Below the pieces are notes generated by a model. The model was not told the DNA's origin and searched no databases. It was given only the letters and a program-made list of their open reading frames with translations. Made by a program: the position numbers and the translations under genes. DNA of 64,000 bases from an uncultured bacterium. Lineage in GTDB: Bacteria > Patescibacteriota > Minisyncoccia > UBA6257 > 2-01-FULL-56-20. Positions 1 through 8,449 of the stretch are shown piece by piece. How positions within the stretch are numbered: the first letter of the stretch is position 1; each line of letters opens with the position of its first letter. The stretch spans positions 495,317 to 559,316 of the forward strand of contig CAVOJZ010000002.1 of assembly GCA_963696395.1 (NCBI GenBank), read 5' to 3'.

Positions 1-44
1 TGGCGCGCGGCAAAAAATCCCTATTGATAATTTGATGTGTTATG

Positions 45-78
45 GTCGCAGGGCTTCATTGCTCTGCGACTTTTTTTA
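45..78 (+). terminator. rho-independent terminator of an upstream, off-window gene
   Basis: GC-rich inverted repeat gtcgcag...ctgcgac (45-70) followed by a T7 run (71-77). Confidence 0.5.
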
Positions 79-140
79 TTGTGCTAATTGCTATACTAAA
101 TGAAAGGCCGAGTGCACTTTATTAATTAACCATTAATTAT

Positions 141-509
141 ATGTATACTTCTATCATCAGTCAGACTCTCGGAATTTTCTTTGCACTGGTCGGCCTCTCG
201 ATGGTCGTGAATAGCAAAGCTACTACTGCCGCTATCGAGGAGTCAGTCCAAAATCGTGGCATCTTATGGATCTGGGGTTTTCTTGCGATGCTTGTCGGGG
301 CCATCATCGTTGTACTCAACAATGCGTGGACTTCCGGACTGCCTCTGCTTATCACCGTCATCGGATGGATCGCCCTCATAAAAGGAGCCTTTATCCTTTT
401 TCTTCCGGGAAGCGCAGTCTCTCTCTATAGGAAATTCGGCCGGAATGGCATGATCGTGGCATGCGGCGTCGTCGCGTTCATCCTTGGGCTGATTCTGCTT
501 TATTGGTAG
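141..509 (+). CDS. small integral membrane protein (3-4 predicted TM helices), unknown function
   Basis: 122-aa ORF, strongly hydrophobic segments, ATG start. Confidence 0.45.
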   Translation: MYTSIISQTLGIFFALVGLSMVVNSKATTAAIEESVQNRGILWIWGFLAMLVGAIIVVLNNAWTSGLPLLITVIGWIALIKGAFILFLPGSAVSLYRKFGRNGMIVACGVVAFILGLILLYW

Positions 510-605
510 TATTTCTGCGATGAATAAAGCAAAAAAGGCCGCTATTGAACCTGGCGGTCTTTTTATTTCTTTGGCGGTGGTATAATACAACCCATAATAG
601 TAAGG

Positions 606-1886
606 ATGGGAAAATCTTTTGTAACGTACGGAATAATAGGCGCGCTCTTCATAACCGTGGTTATCACGTGGCAACTTCCTCTTGCCCGCGCCACGGCGAC
701 CGGGACGCAAGCAACGGCGGCGACCTCCACAAACGATAGCGCCCTCCAATCCGAAATTGACGCGAATAATCAGCAGATCGCGACGCTCAATCAGCAGATC
801 GCGAATTATCAAGCGGAACTTCAACAGGTTGGGGCGAACAAAAAGACTTTGCAGGCCGCGATTAACTCCCTGGATTTACAGAGAAACACGGTGCAGGCTC
901 GCGTTGCCATCATCCAGCAGCAGATAGCAATCACCCAACTTCAAGTCCAGCAAATCGGCGGACAGATAACGGATACTCAGCAATCGATTATCTCGGCACA
1001 GGCAGCTCTTGCGGCACAGCTTCGGTTGGTCCAGAAAGATGACGCCCGTCCGCTTTTGATCCAGCTTCTGTCCTCGGATACTCTTGCGAATGCATGGGGC
1101 GACATCAACGCAAGCTTGCAGGTACAAAATGCAATTGAGAATCAGGCATCAGCTCTCCAGGCTCAAAAAAGCACTCTCGCAGATTCAGAAAGCGCGTCAG
1201 AACAAAAGCAGACCATGCTTGCGTCGCAGAAATTGTCACTTGCTGCTCAGCAGCAAACTCTTATCGCGACAGAACAGTCAAAAAGCCAGCTTCTTGTTGA
1301 AACAAATTCACAAGAGTCGAATTATGAAAAATTGCTTGCTGCCGCAGAAGCCCAGCTCCAAAGCTTTTCAGCATTTACGGAAAATGCCGGAGGGTCGGGC
1401 ATTCTTGGCAATCAGACCGTTTGTGATGCGTGGGGTTGTTATTATAATCAGCGGGATGCCGCGTGGGGGAAGGACGCGCTTGATGGTACAAAATACACCC
1501 TGGCGAGCGATGGCTGCCTTGTCACGGCGATGGCGATGGTTCTCACGCATTACGGATACCATACGGTGACGCCGGTATCGATAAATGATAATCCGAACAA
1601 TTTCGCCGCGTATTACCCTGCGTCGCTTCTTTCAACGATCAACGTGAACGGTGTGACTGCTACGCGAAAAGCCGCGGCGATTGACGCAACGCTTGCAAGT
1701 GGCAACCCTGTGATCGTCGGGCTTAGGGCCTACGGAGGCACGCATTTCGTTGTTCTTGTGAGCGGCAGTAACGGCAACTATTTAATGCGCGATCCCTATA
1801 TTACCAACGGAAATAACATCAGCTTTTCAGATCATTATTCGCTGAGGAGCATCTTCGCCGTCTCGAAGGTTATAATAGAAAGCTAA
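606..1886 (+). CDS. membrane-anchored coiled-coil protein with C-terminal peptidase C39-like (Peptidase_C39_2 / papain-like) domain; putative cell-wall hydrolase
   Basis: N-terminal TM, ~250 aa Q/A-rich coiled coil, C-terminal motif ...DGCLVTAMAMVL... (catalytic Cys context) and ...GGTHFVVLVSG...RDP (His context) typical of C39-like domains. Confidence 0.5.
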   Translation: MGKSFVTYGIIGALFITVVITWQLPLARATATGTQATAATSTNDSALQSEIDANNQQIATLNQQIANYQAELQQVGANKKTLQAAINSLDLQRNTVQARVAIIQQQIAITQLQVQQIGGQITDTQQSIISAQAALAAQLRLVQKDDARPLLIQLLSSDTLANAWGDINASLQVQNAIENQASALQAQKSTLADSESASEQKQTMLASQKLSLAAQQQTLIATEQSKSQLLVETNSQESNYEKLLAAAEAQLQSFSAFTENAGGSGILGNQTVCDAWGCYYNQRDAAWGKDALDGTKYTLASDGCLVTAMAMVLTHYGYHTVTPVSINDNPNNFAAYYPASLLSTINVNGVTATRKAAAIDATLASGNPVIVGLRAYGGTHFVVLVSGSNGNYLMRDPYITNGNNISFSDHYSLRSIFAVSKVIIES

Positions 1887-1952
1887 ATGAGGAGATAGAA
1901 AGGAGAAAAAAGGAAAACCGCCGATTGCTCGGCGGTAAAATGGGAACACCTT

Positions 1953-2345
1953 TCAAGAAATCGCCGTCGTGTATAGATGATATTTTTCGATAATGCGGCG
2001 GGCGATGTCTACGTGGACGGCATGTTCGGGGAACACCGCCTTTAAGGTGTCGAGTAATTCCGGCAGACAGACAGATTCTTCGCGAATTAATCTGTGGGCT
2101 CCGCAAAAATCCTTGGCACCGTCAACGATAAAACCGGCGTATCTATCGGCCTCGTCTGTCGAATAGTTGTCTTCAAGGAAGATCAGGGGAAGCGGACGCG
2201 CCGGATAGTGTTCGCTAAAGCTGCAGTCCTTCACGATGACAATGAGCTGGTCCAAACTGTCCTGCCAATAGGCTATTGGCTTGAACGGTTGGGGGTGATC
2301 ATGAAAATGATTTCGCACCAGATTTTCCAATGCCTCAATCTTCAT
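1953..2345 (-). CDS. hypothetical protein
   Basis: 130-aa ORF, no recognisable motif. Confidence 0.35.
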   Translation of the reverse strand: MKIEALENLVRNHFHDHPQPFKPIAYWQDSLDQLIVIVKDCSFSEHYPARPLPLIFLEDNYSTDEADRYAGFIVDGAKDFCGAHRLIREESVCLPELLDTLKAVFPEHAVHVDIARRIIEKYHLYTTAIS

Positions 2346-2451
2346 ATCTATCCTCCTTTTCGTAGCCCGAGCATGGGATCACGCCAACAGACTATCGAAC
2401 TCTTACAGTAAAGGCGATAAAAAAGCGTTCGTCAACAACCAGGGTTGCCAT

Positions 2452-2997
2452 TTGAGATATTTTTGTGTATACTATGGCCAGAACTTAATTATTTTGGAGG
2501 AATTCGTGGACGGAAAAAGTGAAAAACTGTCGAGCGATCTTTCGCAAAAAGACTTTATCAGGATCAGATCCTCGAAAACACTCGAAGAACTTGTGGTAAT
2601 TGCTCTTGAGGTGATGAGGCGAATGCCGCCACCGATATCATGGGTTTCCGGGCCAATTACATCCGGGGGCCGGACACCCGAAGAAAATCGCAGACGATTA
2701 AAATCGGTTATCCTCAATCTAAAGCGAAACGGGGAAGCGGTCTTTAACTACTTGCCTTTTGAAAAGCAGGCAGAAAAGATCCTCAGGCGTCAGTTCGGCA
2801 AGGGCCGTCTCCCAGGGGTGGCGCAACATAAACTCCTTAACGAGTTTTATGCTCCCGTCTTTGGGTCCGGTTACATCAAGAAATTGCGTCTTCTGCCCCG
2901 CTGGGATAGTTCCTGCAACGCCATGTGGAAACACGCCTTTGCCAAGGCGAGGGGGATTCCCATCGTCTACGTTCCCAAAGAACTGGTGCGCGGATAA
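2452..2997 (+). CDS. hypothetical protein, possibly DUF4406-like (nucleoside 2-deoxyribosyltransferase-like fold). True start may be the GTG near 2506 after a GGAGG
   Basis: ORF with SGP-containing motif (ISWVSGPITSGG), GGAGG upstream of an internal GTG, terminator immediately downstream. Confidence 0.3.
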   Translation: MRYFCVYYGQNLIILEEFVDGKSEKLSSDLSQKDFIRIRSSKTLEELVVIALEVMRRMPPPISWVSGPITSGGRTPEENRRRLKSVILNLKRNGEAVFNYLPFEKQAEKILRRQFGKGRLPGVAQHKLLNEFYAPVFGSGYIKKLRLLPRWDSSCNAMWKHAFAKARGIPIVYVPKELVRG

Positions 2998-3014
2998 AAA
3001 CTTCGACAATCACA

Positions 3015-3050
3015 AGAGGCGACTCCTTCATTGGCTCGCCTCTTTTTATT
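3015..3050 (+). terminator. rho-independent terminator (agaggcga...tcgcctct + T5) between convergent genes
   Basis: 8-bp inverted repeat followed by TTTTT. Confidence 0.5.
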
Positions 3051-4107
3051 TTGCGTGAGTATCCTTTTCCGCCTCCTTGGTTGCCGGTTCAAACAACTTA
3101 AAAATCTTTCCTTCTATGATTGCAGCTTCCGCCTCGCGGCGAAGGTTGCGGGGATCTTCATTTGGATAACGATGCTTGAGAAAATTCACATGCGTGGCAA
3201 TCTCGCGATCGTCGGCCGTGATATTTGCAGTTTCTTGAATTTTTCGGAATACGAACGAGGTTCGGATCCGATCTTCGATCATCTCGCGGTCTTCTTTCGC
3301 GAGATCCTTCTCCGTTTTTTTGGCTTCCTTCAGATAAGCGTCAAGGGTCATTCCCAGGCGTTCAAATTCAGCATTGCGATGCTCGAGAAAGTGCGCGAGC
3401 TCTTGTTCCATGAGAAGTTCCGGAACCGTCAATTTTGATTTTTGCACTATCGTTTTCACTGCTTCATTCCGCTGCGCACTGCGAATGTTATTTTCCTTGC
3501 CCTGAAGGAGCTCTCGCTTCACTTCATCTTTTAATGCGGCAAGCGTTTTCACTCCTCCGAGTTGTTCCGCGAAGGCATCGTTGAGTTCGGGCAGATCTTT
3601 CCCGCCCGTCGCCTGCATTGTCATGCGGCGAATTTCAAGCAAGGCGTCGTCAATTTCTTTTTCGGTAACGCTCACATCGCTTTTTCGTGAAAGAATTTCT
3701 TTGCCGATAGTTGTGTAATCGGGAAGTTCCACCTCCGGTTCGATGGCAAACCGGACGGTGAAGACAATCGGCTTATTCGGCTCAAGGGTTTCGATGCTCA
3801 CTTTCGGCGTTCCGATGGCGGCAAGCTTTTCCGTCTCCGCAATTTCCTGGATGGCTGCACGCACTGCGGAATCCGCCGTTGCCTCAATAAGATCCGCAAC
3901 GCTAATACGTTCCCGAAGCATGGCTTCCGGGATTTTCCCCCTGCGGAAGCCGGGCATCGAAAAATCTTTGCCTAGACGATGAAGCTCTCGTTTTTCATGA
4001 TCTTGTACGGTCTCGAGGGGCACTTCGGCGCGAAATTCCACCTCGTTATTTTTGTCGGAAAGTTTTTTGAGATTACTATAAGATTCCATTGAGGAATACT
4101 GTACCAC
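3046..4107 (-). CDS. tig: trigger factor (ribosome-associated chaperone), short form
   Basis: N-terminal GFRRGKIP motif characteristic of the trigger-factor ribosome-binding domain, followed by a PPIase-like and C-terminal helical region. 353 aa. Confidence 0.7.
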   Translation of the reverse strand: MVQYSSMESYSNLKKLSDKNNEVEFRAEVPLETVQDHEKRELHRLGKDFSMPGFRRGKIPEAMLRERISVADLIEATADSAVRAAIQEIAETEKLAAIGTPKVSIETLEPNKPIVFTVRFAIEPEVELPDYTTIGKEILSRKSDVSVTEKEIDDALLEIRRMTMQATGGKDLPELNDAFAEQLGGVKTLAALKDEVKRELLQGKENNIRSAQRNEAVKTIVQKSKLTVPELLMEQELAHFLEHRNAEFERLGMTLDAYLKEAKKTEKDLAKEDREMIEDRIRTSFVFRKIQETANITADDREIATHVNFLKHRYPNEDPRNLRREAEAAIIEGKIFKLFEPATKEAEKDTHAK

Positions 4108-4130
4108 ATCTCAACGGAAAAAGCCCCGGA

Positions 4131-4544
4131 TTATTTATCGACAGGCGTTGTGGTGTTTCCCTGCTCCAGGAGCGCTTTCACCTTTTTTGCAATGGTCGCC
4201 AGGTCGTCGGTCTTCTTGATATACTCCATCACTCCAAACCGCCGCACAAACTGATGCTCGGTATTGTGTAGGTCGGTCACCGAATTGCTGAAGTTCGTCA
4301 AGAATGCAATTTTGAGATCCGTGGTTTGCGGATCGTCATACAATAGGAGTGCGGCCTCGCGGCCATCCATCACGGGCATGTCGATGTCCATTAAAATGAG
4401 ATCCGGGCGAATTGCTTTAGCTTTTGCAATGCCTTCTTTTCCGGTGGATGCGGTCTCCACGCGATAGCCCGAAGCCGTGAGCTTTGTCTGGAGAATTTCC
4501 CGAAAATCCGCTTCGTCATCAACAACAAGAACAAGATTGTTCAT
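4131..4544 (-). CDS. response regulator, receiver domain only (CheY-like)
   Basis: VLVVDDE...D...LILMDIDMP...K receiver signature. 4-bp overlap (ATGA) with the upstream kinase gene. Confidence 0.8.
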   Translation of the reverse strand: MNNLVLVVDDEADFREILQTKLTASGYRVETASTGKEGIAKAKAIRPDLILMDIDMPVMDGREAALLLYDDPQTTDLKIAFLTNFSNSVTDLHNTEHQFVRRFGVMEYIKKTDDLATIAKKVKALLEQGNTTTPVDK

Positions 4545-6136
4545 ATAAGGCCTTTGGTTCCTTCGCGTTTTTTCATGCCGCCGAGAGGAATGGTTATAAA
4601 AAATGTGGTTCCTTTATCCTTTTCGCTGTCGAACCATATTTTACCTCCAGATGACTCAACGATTGCCTTCACAAGATAGAGTCCGAGGCCGGTGCCGTCC
4701 GAAACGGCAAGGCGGGCGTTGTCGGCCCTGAAAAGCTTCGAGAATATCATTTGCTGCTGTTCTTTTGGTATGCCGATGCCGGTATCGCTCACGGTGATTT
4801 TAATATCGGATTGGTCGGTCCCTGCGGCAATCGTTATGGTGCCGCCTGCGGGTGTATATTTTACGGCATTCGAAATAATATTCTGGAAAATGATTGACGT
4901 AAGGCCGGGGTCGAGATTGAACTTTTGAGAACCTACGTCCATATTTTTTATAATCGCCAGTTTTTTTTCTTGGATAGTCGGAGAAAGTTCATCGAGCTGG
5001 GCTTCTACAATTTCGCCTATTGTGGTGGGCGAGGGAACGATCGAAAAAATTCCCAGTTCCACTCGCGAAACATTTAAAAACGCATTTACGAGATCGATCA
5101 TCCTTGTGTCCGCGTGGGATATCTGCAGGAGAATATGCTTTTGTTTTTCTGTCATGGATTCGGCGGCCATGTTCTCGAACATCAGCTCGACGTAATCCTT
5201 GATTGCAACAAGAGGGGAGCTTAGCTGATGTGCGGCAAGAGAGACGAATTCCTCTTTGGCCTTATTTAGTTTTAGTTCATTCTCCAGCTTTATAGTCAGA
5301 TCCTCGCTCGCCTTGAGTGTTTTTTCAGCCAGTTTTCGTTCAGTAAGGTCGCGCTGGATGGAAAGAAAACCCAGAATCTCCCCGTGCTCCCCAAGCGCCG
5401 GGGTTACGGTTTCTTCCACGATGATCAATCGGCCGTCGCGTGTTTTATTGGGTATCTCTCCCTTGACGGTTCCCTTTGCCAAAATTGTTTTCCAAAACGC
5501 CGCATACTGTTCCGGCTTGACCAGGCCGCTCTTTAAAACGCGTGGCGTCGTCTTGCCGATGACGTCGCGAGCGGCGTATCCATAAAGGTTCGTGAACTCA
5601 ATGTTCACAAAAGTGATGAGACCGTTGATGTCCGTCATGATGATGACATCGCCGGAGGCATCCACCGCTCTTTTTAGTTTGGTGAGAGTCTCTTCCGCCA
5701 GGCGCGCCTCCGTTACGTCGGATGCTATCCCGGCGAACCGATACACCGAACCATGTTCGTCTTTGATGATCACGACCCGCATGTGAATTAAGCGGATGGC
5801 ACCGTCGGGTCTTTTAATATGATATTCTATCGAACCATTCTCGCCATTTTTAATATGTTCTTCCGCAAATATAAAAAATTTTATGCGATCCTCCGGCAGC
5901 ATGGAGTCCGCCCATGATTCGGGATTCTTTTTTATGGAGTCAAGCGATGCTCCGGAAATTTTTTCGTAGGCAGGGTTAACGTAGAGAACTTCGTATTTTT
6001 TTGTCGCAAGAAAAAAAACCTCATCCATGTTGTCGGCAATCTCATGGAAGTATTCTTCGACTCGAAATGATGCCTCGATTTTTTTCTTCACTTTTTCTTT
6101 GCTGTTAACCCCGACGCGAGCTGCTGTCTTCATCAT
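4541..6136 (-). CDS. sensor histidine kinase with two PAS domains (PAS-PAS-HisKA-HATPase_c)
   Basis: H-box HQLSSPL, N-box NAVKYT, G-boxes DTGIGI and GTGLGL, PAS-like repeats upstream. Confidence 0.8.
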   Translation of the reverse strand: MMKTAARVGVNSKEKVKKKIEASFRVEEYFHEIADNMDEVFFLATKKYEVLYVNPAYEKISGASLDSIKKNPESWADSMLPEDRIKFFIFAEEHIKNGENGSIEYHIKRPDGAIRLIHMRVVIIKDEHGSVYRFAGIASDVTEARLAEETLTKLKRAVDASGDVIIMTDINGLITFVNIEFTNLYGYAARDVIGKTTPRVLKSGLVKPEQYAAFWKTILAKGTVKGEIPNKTRDGRLIIVEETVTPALGEHGEILGFLSIQRDLTERKLAEKTLKASEDLTIKLENELKLNKAKEEFVSLAAHQLSSPLVAIKDYVELMFENMAAESMTEKQKHILLQISHADTRMIDLVNAFLNVSRVELGIFSIVPSPTTIGEIVEAQLDELSPTIQEKKLAIIKNMDVGSQKFNLDPGLTSIIFQNIISNAVKYTPAGGTITIAAGTDQSDIKITVSDTGIGIPKEQQQMIFSKLFRADNARLAVSDGTGLGLYLVKAIVESSGGKIWFDSEKDKGTTFFITIPLGGMKKREGTKGLI

Positions 6137-6232
6137 ACCCTATTTCGACGGCAATTGATCTTTGCGGGAAAAAAAGACAGCATTCTCAAGCGTTAGGGTT
6201 CTCAAAAAAATACATTCCCCAGCCTTACTTGT

Positions 6233-6244
6233 GAGCGGGTTAGT
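6233..6244 (+). repeat. att-like core repeat GAGCGGGTTAGT (copy 0), matching the 3' end of the tRNA-Gly-like gene read on the minus strand
   Basis: same core (AACCCGCTC on the minus strand) recurs at 10156, 11861, 12424 and at the tRNA-like 3' end 12895-12903. Confidence 0.5.
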
Positions 6245-6385
6245 AGATGCTATTAGAACCTTTACGAGGAATAGCCCAGCAATTTTGAATACGTTGAAAC
6301 AAATGAGCGCCTTTAACGATATATTAATATGAGGTTTGATATACTGATAACGACAGTACGGCTTGCGTCCTTGGAAAATTTCGTG

Positions 6386-6391
6386 TATAAT
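6386..6391 (+). promoter_or_regulatory. candidate -10 box (TATAAT) preceded by TG, 11 nt upstream of the hicB start
   Basis: perfect TATAAT hexamer at 6386-6391, TG at 6384-6385. Confidence 0.25.
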
Positions 6392-6402
6392 TTGCAAACC
6401 AA

Positions 6403-6728
6403 TGGCCAACTTAACTGAACAAGAAATTAAAGAGGTAAATAGGCTTCGCGGCTTATTCCCCTCGCAGATCAACGTTACTATCTCTCGTGTAGAAGATGGA
6501 ACTTTTTTGGCGCGCGTGGATACCTTTGAAGGGGCTCGCACCGAAGGAGATAATTTTTCTGAATTGATCGAAATGGTTAACGACGTAGTTAAAACCTATC
6601 TTGAAGTTCCTGAAAAGTTTCTTCCCTATATGCCTAATTACGTTCCCTCCATTGAACTGGCTCAAAAATTGAACGTCTTCCCGGTCGCTCTCGTAAAAGA
6701 AAACGTAATTCTTCCGATTGCTCGGTAG
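6403..6728 (+). CDS. hicB: HicB-like antitoxin (RNase H-like N-terminal HicB domain)
   Basis: motif ...VTISRVEDGTFLARVDTFEGARTEGDNFSELIEMVNDVVKTYLE resembles the HicB N-domain. Translationally coupled to the downstream HicA. Confidence 0.55.
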
Positions 6729-6955
6729 TGAAAGATTTATCCGTCAACACCGCGAATTGTTCGCATAAAGAATTAATTGCAATCGCACAAAAATGCGGCT
6801 TTGATTTATTCGAAGGCAATAAGCATACAAAAGTTAAGACTGCGGATGGAAAATTCGTGACCACAATTCCTCGTCACGAATCATTGAATAAACATACCGC
6901 AAAAGGCATTCTTCAGGATATGAATGCTCACGGGGCAACAATTAAGATTATCTGA
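6728..6955 (+). CDS. hicA: HicA-like mRNA interferase toxin (YcfA family)
   Basis: 75 aa. ...KELIAIAQKCGFDLFEGNKHTKVKTADGKFVTTIPRHESLNKHTAKGILQDM matches the HicA pattern (KHxK...G...TIP.H..L..GTL). GTG start overlaps the hicB stop by 1 nt. Confidence 0.65.
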   Translation: MKDLSVNTANCSHKELIAIAQKCGFDLFEGNKHTKVKTADGKFVTTIPRHESLNKHTAKGILQDMNAHGATIKII

Positions 6956-7021
6956 GTTTGAGGCCGCGCTTTCAGTTAAGGAATAAAAAAAGCGGTGAGC
7001 ATTTCTGCCCACCGCCGTTTG

Positions 7022-7456
7022 TTATCTTTCTCCTCGTTTCGTCTTCAGCTCGTCACGGGTCGTAGGGAGTCCTGCGGCTTCGAGAGCGTCTTTGATCGGA
7101 GTCTTGTCCTCGAAGAGCCATCCTTCCGTTGCTGCGAAAACCAAGTTGTATTCATCGAATCGGTCAAACTTCTTGGACCCTCCCGTCGGTTCGATGGTTA
7201 CAAATATCCGGATGCCTTCTTTCGAAGAGTAGAAATATTCAATGTCTGTGACCACCATGTCGATGTTCGGCTCCATCATGTTCAGGAAGACGAACTTTTC
7301 TCCGACGGAGGGGATCAAGTCTTCGGGCCAAGGAAGATAAAGGGTGGTAGGGGTGCTGTCGACATGTTTGTCAGCCACCGTTTTATAGTCCGCAGATACA
7401 TGCCAGGTGTCTTGATCAGAATCGAATTGCAAGAATGCCTTTCGTTGTACGGGCAT
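7022..7456 (-). CDS. hypothetical protein
   Basis: 144-aa ORF adjacent to IS elements, no recognisable motif. Confidence 0.35.
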   Translation of the reverse strand: MPVQRKAFLQFDSDQDTWHVSADYKTVADKHVDSTPTTLYLPWPEDLIPSVGEKFVFLNMMEPNIDMVVTDIEYFYSSKEGIRIFVTIEPTGGSKKFDRFDEYNLVFAATEGWLFEDKTPIKDALEAAGLPTTRDELKTKRGER

Positions 7457-7507
7457 TAACCCTCCTTTATCACATCAATAAATCTGTGCAGATTATACCC
7501 TCGAATA

Positions 7508-8447
7508 AAGTTCAATAGCTTGTAATCAGTTCGGCGATTTTTTCTTGCGGCGTTTTCATGTCGAGCCCCATGTGGGGCCGTTCGGTATTGTAGTAGTGGA
7601 GATATTCCGGCAGTTCCTTTTTCCACAATGAAAGGTCGCGGGGCACTCGCTTGATATATTCATCTTGGATCGTGCGGTTGAACCGCTCAAGGTGGGCATT
7701 GTCGTTCGGCGTGCGGATCCGCGAATGGCGATGGGAAAGGCCACGCGCCACGAGCTGCTTGGTGAACCATTTTGAAAACTCTGATCCGTGATCCGACTGG
7801 ATCGTTTGAAAGGCAAAGGGTGATGCAATCTGCCCGTATTGCACGAAGGAGAGGCTGCGATGGGTATTGATCCGCAAGGATGGGATCGCATATGCCCAGC
7901 GCGTGCAGACATCGATGAGCGTGTAGAGATACAGCTGGTTGCCCGAGGGACCCACATGCACGGTGTCGATTTCGACGAGCACACCTGGTTTTTCAGGCAG
8001 TGGTCGCGGCGGGTACGTGTGCCACTTCTTCCATTTCGAGGGATACGTGAGATGATAGCGCCGCAACGTCCGCTTGACCGATGAGAGGGAGACCGCAACG
8101 CCATCGCGCGTGAGCATCATATGGAGCACCTCAGCGCATCGATGATATTTTTCACGATATGCGAGGATGGCATCAACCACATCTTCTGAAAGTTCACGTG
8201 GATGATGATGTGGTTTTGATGACCGCGCGGGGATGATCCGCGCCATGCGGTTTGCAGGTGCCCGCTTCATCCATTGGACGATCGCCCCCTGGGAGAAGCC
8301 AAGATGCCGCGCGACCTTTCTCGTCGACCATCCTGACCGCACCAAACGCACTGCCTCCATGCGGACATGGGGCAACTGCTCGTTATTTGAATATGCCATA
8401 TCCATAGCTTGAATCACTCAGGGGTGATTACAAGCTATTGAACCATT
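7508..8447 (-). mobile_element. IS481-family-like insertion sequence (one rve-type transposase gene) with ~19-bp terminal inverted repeats
   Basis: gttcaatagcttgtaatca (7510-7528) is the reverse complement of tgattacaagctattgaac (8427-8445), bracketing the transposase ORF. Confidence 0.6.
7512..8417 (-). CDS. DDE transposase, integrase-core (rve) domain, IS481 family-like
   Basis: N-terminal HTH, DDE region DTVHVG...TLIDVCTRWAY...HSRIRTPNDNAHLERFNRTIQDEY. Confidence 0.75.
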   Translation of the reverse strand: MIQAMDMAYSNNEQLPHVRMEAVRLVRSGWSTRKVARHLGFSQGAIVQWMKRAPANRMARIIPARSSKPHHHPRELSEDVVDAILAYREKYHRCAEVLHMMLTRDGVAVSLSSVKRTLRRYHLTYPSKWKKWHTYPPRPLPEKPGVLVEIDTVHVGPSGNQLYLYTLIDVCTRWAYAIPSLRINTHRSLSFVQYGQIASPFAFQTIQSDHGSEFSKWFTKQLVARGLSHRHSRIRTPNDNAHLERFNRTIQDEYIKRVPRDLSLWKKELPEYLHYYNTERPHMGLDMKTPQEKIAELITSY

Positions 8448-8449
8448 AC

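Noticed and set aside
97-102. TATACT -10-like hexamer upstream of the first gene
   Set aside because: There is no suitably spaced -35 and the context is ambiguous. It is not reported as a promoter.
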